From: an uncultured Bifidobacterium sp.
GTDB lineage: Bacteria > Verrucomicrobiota > Verrucomicrobiia > Limisphaerales > JADLHS01
Assembly: GCA_964539515.1 (NCBI GenBank)
Contig: CAZIJO010000002.1
Coordinates: forward strand, 25,360-89,359
DNA: 64,000 nucleotides
Direction of reading: 5' to 3'
Positions 51,737 through 61,500 of this stretch are shown in pieces. A program made the translations under genes and the position numbers. Numbering within the stretch: position 1 is the first letter of the stretch; the number at the start of each line of letters is the position of its first letter. The notes under the pieces are model-generated. The model was not told where the DNA came from and did not search any database. It worked only from the letters and a program-made list of their open reading frames with translations.

Positions 51737-54373
51737 ATGATCAAATGGACCGAATCGGCGAGGCGAACCTTGGAGGAATACTGTGCGCGCACCCGGACAG
51801 TGTTGGCGGGCAGCGGCGCCGATGCGGAGGAAGTCACTGACGACCTGCGACGCCACGTCGAGGAAGAGGTCCGCGCGGCGCGATTGAGCGTGGTGACGGA
51901 GGAGGACCTCCGCCGCATCCTGGTTCAGGTTGGCGAACCCGGAGCGCCGCTGGAAGGAACGGGACACCAGGCCGCAGCCAACCCGGAACCACCCGTTTCG
52001 CATACAAATGACAAAAAGCGCCCAGGCATCCTGCTGCTGGTTCTGGGAGTCCTCCTGCCGCTCGGCACCCTGATTTTCGAACTGGTCACGGGCATTTCCG
52101 CCGGGGTGCTCTTTGATCCGCTTCCGAGCTGGTTCAGTGTCCTGGCCGTCGCCCTGGTGCCGGGCGCGAATCTTTGGATCTGGTGGGCCGGCCGGGCGCG
52201 GGATCCCCGTCCGGCCCGGTTGCTGGGTTGGTTGAACGGTGCGGCGTTGGGCGTCTGCATCTATTACTCCCTGATGTATTTGTTGTTCGTGCCCTTCGCG
52301 GCAATTGGCGTCCTCTATTTCGGGTTGGGTTTGATTCCGTTGACCCCGCATCTGGCGCTCATCGCCACGCCGGGCTTGCGCGCGGCGTACGTCCGGCAAA
52401 TTGGGAAGGACCGGTTGCCCGGGATGTGGGGTGTGCTGGTTGGGTTCGGCTTTCTGGTGTTGCTTCAATTGCCCGCCGCGCTGACCTACTACGGTCTCGC
52501 GCAGGCCGCCGCGGAGGAGCGCGACGCCCGGAGCCACGGCGTCCGCGTGCTCCGGACCTTCGGCGACGAAGAGCTGGTGTTGCGCGCCTGCTACGGGTTG
52601 CTGCGCCGGGAAATGGAAATGGATTGGGTTCGCCTCATCGCCAGTGGAAACAAAACGGTTTCGGCCGAGGCAGCCCGGGAAATCTACTACCGCGCTTACG
52701 GCCGCCCCTTCAACTCGCTGCCACCCCCGTCGCTCTATACCCGGGCGGGACGCTGGACGGCGCTCGACGAGGAATTCACCTGGGACGATGCGCTGGGCGG
52801 TGAAGCCGTGGCCGGGCGGGTCAAAGGGCTTTCGCTCGCCAGCTCGCGCATGGACGCCACGGCCGAACCGGACGCGGCGCTGGTTTATTGCGAGTGGACG
52901 ATGGAGTTCAAGAATGTCTCCCGCCAGCAACGGGAGGCACGAATGCAGATCGCCCTGCCGCCCGGCGCGGTGGTATCCCGGCTGACGTTATGGATCAACG
53001 GCGAGGAGCGGGAAGCGGCCTTCGGCGGCCGTTCGCAGGTGCGCAAGGCCTACCAGGAAGTCGCCGTCGCGCAACGCCGCGACCCGGTGCTGGTGACGAC
53101 CTGCGGGCCGGATCGGGTGTTGATGCAGTGCTTTCCGGTGCCACCCAATGGCGGGATCATGAAAGTCCGTTTGGGAATGACCTCACCGCTGGTTTTGGAA
53201 TCCCTGGAGCAGGGCAGTTTTGTCTGGCCCCGATTCCTCGAGCGGAACTTCGGCCTGGCCGCAGACTTGAAGCACGCATTGTGGATGGAATCCGCGAGTC
53301 CGTTAGACAGCGGGAAAGGCGCAGCCGCCGCCAAGAACGGGAAGCCTCCGTATACCCTGCACGAGTCAACATCGGAGACCGACCTGGCAGCAGCTCCGAA
53401 AGTTGTCAAAATCCATCGGCCGTCTGAAATTGCAACGGTTTGGGCGCCGACCGACGAGGCGGGTTCGATCATACGACAATCCATTCAGAGCGTGGCACCG
53501 GTGAATCCACCCCGCGTCGTGGTGGTCCTTGACAGTTCCGAAGGGATGCAATCCTCCGCCCGGGAGCTGGGCGCATCGCTGGCCGGCATTTCGGAAACAA
53601 CCGAGATCGCCTTGATCATTGCCAATGACGATCCGAGGCGGTTGGAAGCCAAGCCGCAGAAGGCCACACCGGCGGTTGTTCGTGCGCTTCAGCAAAGGCT
53701 CGACAAGGTTCGCTTCGTCGGCGGACAGGACAATCTGCCGGCGCTCGAGGCAGCGTGGGACTTGGCGGCCCAGGTTGAGAACGGGGTGGTGGTTTGGGTT
53801 CATCAGCCGCAACCGGTGCTGCTTTCCAACGAGAGCGGCTTGCGCCAGCGCATGGAGCGGGCCACCAAGCCCGTGCGCCTGTTTGAACTCCAAACCCGCA
53901 ACGGCCCCGATCGCATTATCGAAAAACTGGATGGTTTGCCGGCCGTCGAACATGCCGTGCGCCGGGATTCGCTGCGTTCGGACTTCGAGAAACTCCTGGC
54001 GCGACTGACCGGCAAGCAGGGCAGCTTTCAATTCGTGCGAGAAAAAACCACGGGACCAGCCACGGGCCCCCGCGGCGGCAAGCACATCGAACGGTTATGG
54101 GCGCGGGATGAGTCGTTGCGCCTCGCGGCCAATCGCCAGCGGGACGCGGCCGTGAAACTTGCGGCGGCGAACCAACTGGTCACACCCCTGACGGGCGCCG
54201 TCGTACTGGAAACCAAAGAACAGTATGACCGTCACGGGCTAAAGCCGGCGGATGCCATGACGGTGCCGGCCGTGCCGGAACCCACCGGCATGAGCCTGGT
54301 GGGAGTAGCTTTCGTGGTGTACTTCCTGGCCCGCCATCATCGCCGGCCCTCCCGACCGCATCACAACAGGTGA
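51737..54373 (+). CDS. polytopic membrane protein with PadR-associated N-terminal helical module, VIT and vWA-like domains and PEP-CTERM-like tail
   Basis: It starts 1 nt after the PadR stop. N-terminus MIKWTESARRTLEEYCARTR..DDLRRHVEEEV (DUF1700-like). Several TM helices fall in aa ~95-260. VIT-like LVYCEWTMEFKNVSRQQREARMQIALPPGAVVSRLTLWINGEEREAAF. The C-terminus is VPAVPEPTGMSLVGVAFVVYFLARHHRR. Confidence 0.8.
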   Translation: MIKWTESARRTLEEYCARTRTVLAGSGADAEEVTDDLRRHVEEEVRAARLSVVTEEDLRRILVQVGEPGAPLEGTGHQAAANPEPPVSHTNDKKRPGILLLVLGVLLPLGTLIFELVTGISAGVLFDPLPSWFSVLAVALVPGANLWIWWAGRARDPRPARLLGWLNGAALGVCIYYSLMYLLFVPFAAIGVLYFGLGLIPLTPHLALIATPGLRAAYVRQIGKDRLPGMWGVLVGFGFLVLLQLPAALTYYGLAQAAAEERDARSHGVRVLRTFGDEELVLRACYGLLRREMEMDWVRLIASGNKTVSAEAAREIYYRAYGRPFNSLPPPSLYTRAGRWTALDEEFTWDDALGGEAVAGRVKGLSLASSRMDATAEPDAALVYCEWTMEFKNVSRQQREARMQIALPPGAVVSRLTLWINGEEREAAFGGRSQVRKAYQEVAVAQRRDPVLVTTCGPDRVLMQCFPVPPNGGIMKVRLGMTSPLVLESLEQGSFVWPRFLERNFGLAADLKHALWMESASPLDSGKGAAAAKNGKPPYTLHESTSETDLAAAPKVVKIHRPSEIATVWAPTDEAGSIIRQSIQSVAPVNPPRVVVVLDSSEGMQSSARELGASLAGISETTEIALIIANDDPRRLEAKPQKATPAVVRALQQRLDKVRFVGGQDNLPALEAAWDLAAQVENGVVVWVHQPQPVLLSNESGLRQRMERATKPVRLFELQTRNGPDRIIEKLDGLPAVEHAVRRDSLRSDFEKLLARLTGKQGSFQFVREKTTGPATGPRGGKHIERLWARDESLRLAANRQRDAAVKLAAANQLVTPLTGAVVLETKEQYDRHGLKPADAMTVPAVPEPTGMSLVGVAFVVYFLARHHRRPSRPHHNR

Positions 54374-55575
54374 CAGAACATCGCGTCGCGAAGCTTGGGC
54401 TCGAACCACGTGCTCTTGGGCGGCATGATGCCCCCCGCGTCGGCAATGGTCATCAAGTCCTCGATACTCGTTGGGTACATTGAGAAGGCACAGGCGTACT
54501 CACCGCTGTCCACCAACTTCTCCAACTCCGCCGTCCCGCGAATGCCACCGACGAAATTGATGCGCTTGCTGGTGCGAGGGTCGTTGATGCCGAAGATCGG
54601 ATCGAGCACCAGCTTCTGGAGCAAGGTGACGTCGAGCTTTTCGATCGGATCGCTGGTCGTGGTAAACTCCGGCCGGAAGGTCAGCGTGTGCCAACGCCCG
54701 TTGAGAAACAAACCGAGTTCGTGTTTGCGCGCGGGCCGCGCCGCGCCGTTGGTTTGAAGGGTGAAGATGATTTCGAGTTTCGGCCGCAATTGCTCGGGGG
54801 AAAGTCCATTGAGATCCTTCAGCACGCGGTTGTATGGCAGGATCTGCATCTGGTTGTGCGGGAAAATCACGGCGAGGAATGATCCGCTGTGACCCGCCCC
54901 CGCGCGGGATTGGTAAACCCGCGCCGCCGCAGCGCTGCGGTGATGGCCGACGGCGATATAGAGGGCCGGGATCCCGGCGAATTGCTCCGCGATAAACTGT
55001 ATGCCGGCGGCATAGCTTACGGTCCACGACGAATGGCGAACGCCGTCCTTGCCGGTAAAATCCACCTCCGGCTTCGCGGCCGTACGCCGAGCCACGAATT
55101 CGTCCAAGGCCTTGGTGGCGCGATAGGTGAGAAACACCGGACCGGTTTGGGAATCGAGCGCTTCAATATGGCGCACGCGGTCGTCTTCCTTGTCCGGGCG
55201 CGTGAGTTCGTGCTTCTTGATGATGCCGCTGAGGTATTCCGCACAACTCGCAGCGGCAACCAGCCCCACCTGACTGTGCGGCCCCATGACCTGGCGGTAC
55301 AGGTAATAGGCCGGTTGCGCATCCTGCCGGAGTGCACCCTGGTTGATCAGTCGCCGAAAGTTTTCCCGCCCCTGCGCATAAACCTCCGGTGCGTAAATGT
55401 CCGTTGTTGGTGGCAGGTCAATCTCCGGTTTGCTCACGTGGAGGAAGCTCAGTGGGTTGCCGGCGGCCAGCAGCCGGGCTTCGTCCGACGACATCACGTC
55501 GTACGGCAGTTCGCAAATTTGGGCAGCGAGTTCGGGTTGGGGCCGCAGCGCGGCGAATGGTTTCAAGGTAGCCAT
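54361..55575 (-). CDS. DUF1015-family protein
   Basis: MATLKPFAALRPQPELAAQICELPYDVMSSDEAR.. from ATG 55575. Its 3' end overlaps the convergent gene by 13 nt. Confidence 0.8.
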   Translation of the reverse strand: MATLKPFAALRPQPELAAQICELPYDVMSSDEARLLAAGNPLSFLHVSKPEIDLPPTTDIYAPEVYAQGRENFRRLINQGALRQDAQPAYYLYRQVMGPHSQVGLVAAASCAEYLSGIIKKHELTRPDKEDDRVRHIEALDSQTGPVFLTYRATKALDEFVARRTAAKPEVDFTGKDGVRHSSWTVSYAAGIQFIAEQFAGIPALYIAVGHHRSAAAARVYQSRAGAGHSGSFLAVIFPHNQMQILPYNRVLKDLNGLSPEQLRPKLEIIFTLQTNGAARPARKHELGLFLNGRWHTLTFRPEFTTTSDPIEKLDVTLLQKLVLDPIFGINDPRTSKRINFVGGIRGTAELEKLVDSGEYACAFSMYPTSIEDLMTIADAGGIMPPKSTWFEPKLRDAMFCHLL

Positions 55576-55752
55576 AAAACGAGGCGCGAGCATACGGATG
55601 CGTGCCCGGCAACGCACGAAGTTATTGCCGAATTAATAGCGGTCGCGACGGCCGGTCCCGGCAACGAAGTTCCCAGCCGGGCGCCGGCCCAAAAACAGTC
55701 GTTGATTCCCGTGGTCACCGGGGTAGTATCGCGTCTCAACGAGACCAAGACC

Positions 55753-56382
55753 ATGAGTACGCCCACTCCCAAAAGCGAAGTGAAACGGCTGAAGGTGCTT
55801 TGGCAATACGACGTGCTCGACTCCGTGCCCGAGGAGGTCTTCGACGACCTGACGGACCTTGCTGCGCATATCTGCGAAGCACCCATCGCCCTCATTTCCC
55901 TCGTGGACGAGGACCGCCAGTGGTTTAAATCCAAGGTCGGCGTTTCCCTCAGCGAAACCGCGCGGGATATTTCCTTTTGTGCCCATGCCATCATGAACGA
56001 GGGCATCATGATCATCTCGGATGCAAGGAAGGATGCGCGCTTCCAGAAAAACCCGTTGGTGACCGGCCCCCAAAGAATTCGCTTTTACGCGGGAGCTCCC
56101 CTCATCACGCCCGACGGCCACGCGCTTGGCACGCTCTGTGTGCTCGATAAAAAGCCGCGTCAGCTCCGCCCGGAGCAAAAGCAGGCACTGATCGTCCTCG
56201 CGCACCACGTGGTCTCCCAACTCGAACTGCGCCGCCACGCCCGCGAACTGGTCGCGGCCCGCGTGGATGTCTCGAAACAACGCGCCGAACTCGTGCGTGC
56301 CAACGCCGAGATCGCCCGCCTACGCAAACGGCTCGCCCGCTGCCAGCGCCGGCCCGTTGCTGCCAGGCGGGATCGCCGCTGA
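55753..56382 (+). CDS. GAF-domain protein with C-terminal coiled coil
   Basis: LKVLWQYDVLDSVPEEVFDDLTDLAAHICEAPIALISLVDEDRQWFKSKVG..FCAHAI..PLITPDGHALGTLCVLD. The ATG at 55753 is the real start; the upstream part of track ORF 54889-56382 is antisense to DUF1015. Confidence 0.8.
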   Translation: MSTPTPKSEVKRLKVLWQYDVLDSVPEEVFDDLTDLAAHICEAPIALISLVDEDRQWFKSKVGVSLSETARDISFCAHAIMNEGIMIISDARKDARFQKNPLVTGPQRIRFYAGAPLITPDGHALGTLCVLDKKPRQLRPEQKQALIVLAHHVVSQLELRRHARELVAARVDVSKQRAELVRANAEIARLRKRLARCQRRPVAARRDRR

Positions 56383-56452
56383 TTTCCAGGTGCCCGGGCC
56401 AGGGTTCCCGCCCCACGGGCGCAGTTTGACGCCGCTCATTGCCAACCTGCGC

Positions 56453-57733
56453 TCAGGCGGGATGCGGATTGGCTTTCCTTAATGGCTGCCCGACCGGGAG
56501 GTCGTCCGGCAACGGCACGAACTCGCGAATCTTGTTCCACAGGGGCGTGAAATCCTTGTTCACGTCGCCCGACAGGCAGTCGGTGATTTCGCCCGCCGCT
56601 TCCGGATACTTGTCTATCACCTGTTTGAAGCTGAATTTCGGATCGTAAAAGGCATAGACCAGTTTGCGCATGTTTTCGACGCCGGTCCGGATGGCAGTGG
56701 CGTAAGGCGCAAATCGTTCCGGTGAGAAGTCGCCGGCGACAATGGCTTCATGCACTGCATCCCCCGCCAGCGTCCCGCTCTTGAGCGCGAGCATCAGGCC
56801 GCTGCTGAACACGGGATCGAGAAAAGCGAACGCGTCGCCGACCAGCAATAAACCCGCGCTGCCGCAATGCCGCGCGTGATGCGTGTACTCGCTGATGACA
56901 AAATACTGCCCGACCTGCTGGCCGACGGATAGGTGGTCCTTGATCCAGGCGTTCTGCTCGATCTCGCGTTTGAAGATCTGTTCCGGCGCCCGCACGCCAT
57001 CGCGCGTCAGATATTTGCCCTCCGCGACGACGCCCACGCTGAGCATGTCGTTGTGCTGGGGAATGTGCCAGAACCAGCCTTTGTCCGGCACGTAGGCCAC
57101 GGTGGTCGCCCCTTCGTCAATGCCCGGCTCGCGCTTCGAGCCCTTGTAATACGTCCAGACGGCGATCTTGTTGAGATACGGGTCTTTCATCCGCCAGCCA
57201 TTGCGCACCGCGGTGAACGCCTCCTTGCCGGAGCAATCGAGCGTGATCGGCGCGCGGTACTCGACGACCGCGCCGCCTTGCTTCTGCGCGCGGACGCCGA
57301 CCACCCGGTCGCCATCGCGCAACAATTCCTTCACCGTGATCTCCTCGATCACTTCCGCGCCCTTGGCCCGGGCATTGTCCAACAGGATTTGGTCGAACTC
57401 CGACCGCAGCACCTGCCAGGTTTGCGCCACGGACTCACGGTCGTAGCGGTTGAAAAAGTAAAACGGCTGGCTCGCCCGCCCGCTCGGCGAGATGAACACC
57501 ACGCTGTATTTCTTCACGAACCCGGACGACTTCATCAGCGGGATCAAGCCCAGCCGCTCCATGGGCTGGTAGGTGAACGGGATCATGGATTCGCCGATGT
57601 GGTAGCGCGGAAACTTCTCGCGCTCGAGGACGAGAACGCGATGGCCATATTCGGCGAGGATGGCCGCGCTGGAAGCGCCCGAGGGACCGCCACCGATGAT
57701 CAGGGCGTCAAATTGATTTCCGTTATGCTTCAT
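56453..57733 (-). CDS. FAD-dependent halogenase-like oxidoreductase
   Basis: GxGxxG (IIGGGPSGASSA). WxWxIP signature GWFWHIP at 57059-57076. FLDPVFSSG (Fx.Px.Sx.G). Confidence 0.75.
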   Translation of the reverse strand: MKHNGNQFDALIIGGGPSGASSAAILAEYGHRVLVLEREKFPRYHIGESMIPFTYQPMERLGLIPLMKSSGFVKKYSVVFISPSGRASQPFYFFNRYDRESVAQTWQVLRSEFDQILLDNARAKGAEVIEEITVKELLRDGDRVVGVRAQKQGGAVVEYRAPITLDCSGKEAFTAVRNGWRMKDPYLNKIAVWTYYKGSKREPGIDEGATTVAYVPDKGWFWHIPQHNDMLSVGVVAEGKYLTRDGVRAPEQIFKREIEQNAWIKDHLSVGQQVGQYFVISEYTHHARHCGSAGLLLVGDAFAFLDPVFSSGLMLALKSGTLAGDAVHEAIVAGDFSPERFAPYATAIRTGVENMRKLVYAFYDPKFSFKQVIDKYPEAAGEITDCLSGDVNKDFTPLWNKIREFVPLPDDLPVGQPLRKANPHPA

Positions 57734-57842
57734 GCTGATTAAATGGTTAGTTCAATTTGGAGTGGATGCAAGCCGCGAGGCACGAATTCAAGTGCGCGCT
57801 GCAGGCCAAAGCTGCCGGCCTGCGGCGAATGATTAAGAATGC

Positions 57843-58511
57843 CTATGGGAAGGAAATCTGCGGTTTAACGCGGACACTGAAGCCGTGCGACTCCAGTTTT
57901 GAAACCAGTGGCTGGACTTCGGATTCAGGCAGGTCGGTTTGAACGATGATCTCCCGCTTCTTGTCCTTGTAATATTTTTCTGCCAGCGCGTCCACGTCAT
58001 CAAGGGCAATCTCCGCGTTCTGACGCTTCAAGATGACGGTTCTGCCTTCCTTATTACGGATAACGCTGAACAGGCAGTCAAAGCGTTGCGCAAACATGCC
58101 CGTTTGCTGCTGAACCGCCCGTGATGCCCGGGGATTTACGTCGCGCAAATAGAAATTAAACTCAGGATTACTTCCCCAACAGGAATACTCGAAGGCGAAC
58201 AGTAACGTCGCGACTCCACTGTAAGCAACCGACATTCGTGGCGTGAGCACCGTCCCATCAAAAGACCCCCAATTCGTGGTTCGATACGGCCCGAGATATG
58301 CCGGAGGTGGATGGTTGCCATGCATGTAGTATGCAGACCCACCTGCATAATGGGTGAAATCATGTGAGTCGCACCCACAATGGTTACGCGCTGAAGGTGG
58401 TAGCAGAATCCAGTTACCATCCACCGGCGCCGGAAAGAACGCCAAAACAAGCAATGCTGTGAACGACCATACGCCAAAACGAATCGAGCGTTTCCAGCTC
58501 TTCCGGATCAT
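57843..58511 (-). CDS. membrane-anchored protein of unknown function, last gene of the T7SS-like operon
   Basis: ATGA overlap with the ATPase stop (58508-58511). N-terminal anchor SIRFGVWSFTALLVLAFFPAP. Cys/His/Tyr/Trp-rich middle. Visibly AT-richer than its neighbours. Confidence 0.7.
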   Translation of the reverse strand: MIRKSWKRSIRFGVWSFTALLVLAFFPAPVDGNWILLPPSARNHCGCDSHDFTHYAGGSAYYMHGNHPPPAYLGPYRTTNWGSFDGTVLTPRMSVAYSGVATLLFAFEYSCWGSNPEFNFYLRDVNPRASRAVQQQTGMFAQRFDCLFSVIRNKEGRTVILKRQNAEIALDDVDALAEKYYKDKKREIIVQTDLPESEVQPLVSKLESHGFSVRVKPQISFP

Positions 58512-61500
58512 ACGGTTCTTGGCAGCAAAGACAGCCTAACCTCTTCCAACCACGCGTTGTCCGGCAACGCATACGGCCGGAACGTTTCCAGCCAGCCTTC
58601 CTGGCCATTGAACAGAATCGCGCGATGCAGGCCCAGGTTGTTGGCCTGGGGTGAATCAATCAGGCTCGCCGAGTCGTTCGCGCTCATCTGGAACACGACG
58701 CGCATTTCAAATTCACTCAGCGCCTTGCGGCTGAGGAAACGCATCACGTTGTTGTAGGTGTCGCAATTGGCGATGACATGAAACCCAAGACTCGCGCCTT
58801 CGCAGATCAGCTTGTTGAGTTGCAGTCCGGGGTTTCCGCCGGCACCGGCGTCCAGCGAGAAACTCATCTCCTCGTCAAAGCGCAGCTTCTTGTTTCGTTG
58901 CAGGCCGTGGATGAGCAGATACGTTTCCGGCGTAACCGCGCCCGGATCGTCGGCCCGTTGCTGTTGTTCCACGGCCAGCGCGGCCATCACTTCGTCCACT
59001 TCCCCGGCGCGAACCAGTTTGACTTCATGCGGCACGGTGCGCACCGCTTGCTCCAGAAATCTGGCCTCGGCGGAATCCGGCGCGCTGCAATCGAAAACGA
59101 GGAATCGAGCGCCGGCTTTCGGATGCTGCGCTGCCAGGGCAACCAGCGCCACGGCCAGCATGCCCGAGGCCGCTTCCTCCCGTTGGCCGACAATCAGCAG
59201 ATGATTGCCGCTCTGCCGGCGGAAAATCGCCTCGGTTGGCCCTTTGATCGAATTCGGGGCCCCCAGCCAGACGCGCGGCGGCGTTCCGGCCGGGACGGAT
59301 TTCGCGTCGAGCGCCGCGCGCAGCAAGGCGTTGTCGCGCACACTGGCGGGGGCGTTGCCTTCGAAAACAATTGGCTCGCGCGAGGTAGCCGCCGACGTGA
59401 GAAGGCGGTCGGGCTTGCCGGCCATTTCCGCCTCGTGACCGCGGTGGCTACGAGCCGACACTTTTTTCAACCATTCATCCCGCACTTCGTCCGGCAGCCA
59501 CACGACTTGAAACGGACTGTTCCCTTGCAGCGCGCCGCCTTCGTCATTGTAAATCGCCTCCCCCGGACGTGAGAGCAGGCGCGGCGCGGGGTTGTCCTCG
59601 TTCATGATGAGGTAGGCGTCCGCTTCGTTGCACTGGAGCGCAATGCGCACCACCATCTGGCCGATGGTGGCGCGGGCCAGCGAATAAGCACCGCCAAGGG
59701 TTTGGGAGCCAAGCAGCACGTGAATCCCGAACGCACGCCCCTGCCGCACGATGCGGTCGAGCAGCAACGCGGCACCCTGCGAAACGCGGTCGTCCTCCAC
59801 GAACAATTCCTGAAACTCATCAATCAACAGCAGCGTGCGCGGAATCGGCTCGGTCCCGCCGGCGCGTTTGTATCCGGCGATGTCCTGGGCTCCCAGTTTG
59901 CGAAACAGATCGCCGCGCCGCTTGAGTTCGTCGTCCACGCGCTGCAATACGCTCAGGCCAAATTCTCGGTCGCTCTCGATGGCGATGACGCGTGCGTGCG
60001 GCAATTTGTGCGTGGCGTAGCATTTGAATTCGACGCCCTTCTTGAAGTCCACGAGATAGAATTCCACCTGGTCCGGACTGCACCAGAGCGCGAGGTTTGT
60101 GATGAGCACGTGGAAGAGGGTGGACTTGCCGGAGCCGGTCTTGCCCGCGATCAACCCGTGCTGCCGCGTGCCCTGGCCGAGCAGGAGGTATTGCAGCTTC
60201 GTCGCGCCGGTCCGGCCCACCGCCACGCGCAATTCGGTGGTCGTTTCCCGGGTCCACAGCTCACGGTCCTCCGGGGCGACTTCGGCAAACGGCATTTCCA
60301 CGCGATACGAATCGGTGCTGTCCTTGCCAATCTGCTGGAGCAACTGCGTGGCAAGTGCCGCGTCTGGCGGCGCATCGAGCACGAGCTGGACCCCGTTCCA
60401 GGTGCTGCTCCCCGGCCCCGCGGCTTTCCCCCCTCGCTCCGCGCCCGTCGCCGGGAGGCCGGGAGGGGCGGCTGGCCGCGCTTGGGGCGGTTCTGCCGCC
60501 GGACAACTGCCAATCGCAAAGCCGTCGCCTTTGGGCACGATGCAGATGGAGTTCTTGCGGAGTTCCTCCGGCACGAACTCCGTGGGGGCGGCTTTCCGTT
60601 GATCCCAGTGAATGAGCAAATGCACGCCACAACGCGGACCGCTGGCCGCGATGTTGTGGAGGCGTTTCACCGCCACTTCGCTGAAATTGGCCGGAAAGTC
60701 GGCGATGACCAGGAACTGGTATTTCTCCGCCATGCGCCCCGCCTGGGCATTGTATTCCGCCAGCGTCTCGTACTCGTTGCGGAGATACATCTGGGTGACT
60801 TTCTCGATGTGTTCATTGAGATCGGCGAGCCGCTGCTCAAACTGGGCGGTCTGCGTCCAGATGCGGCTGTTGATGAGGCGCTCCTCGAAATCCGCCAGGT
60901 GCATGATGCCGGCGAAGTTCTGGCCCAAACCAACGGGATCGAAGATCGTAAAACTCAGCCGGCCCGGCGGGGAACTGGTGAGCAGTCGCAAAACCAGATT
61001 GTTCAATGCGCCGATGATTTGTTGCTGACCGGATTGCTTCGTCTCAAACAACAGGGAAGCCTGGCGGGACACCGACAAAAGCAGCGGCACACTGAAATGC
61101 GTCGCCCCCGGCAGCGCAAATCCCCGGCCTTGGAGCGAAACTTCACATAGTTTCTCAACGTCCACCGTCAGCCCAGCATACCGGGCGGCAGCGGAAAATT
61201 CCTCCGGTAGCGAGAATGCCTGCCAAAGTTCCGCGCGCCATGGTGGGAAAACGCTGTCCGCCGAGGTGCCGGCCGCCTGCAGGGCCGACCAGGTTGGCAA
61301 CACAGCACGCTGCCAGTCCACCTCGATGGCCTGACGGCCGACCTCCCGGGTGGCCTGCAACCGGGCGAGGCCGTCGTTGAAACCGGTTTCGAGTTTCTCC
61401 AAGGCGGCCAACGTCATTTCGTGCCCCCGCCCCATCCGTTCGGCGTGCTGCTCATCAATGGTTTTGAGCCATAATCGGCGGCGCTCCTCATTCGCGAGAA

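Noticed and set aside
54889-55752. Upstream two-thirds of track ORF 54889-56382.
   Set aside because: This part is antisense to the DUF1015 gene. Only the part from ATG 55753 (the GAF domain) looks like real protein.
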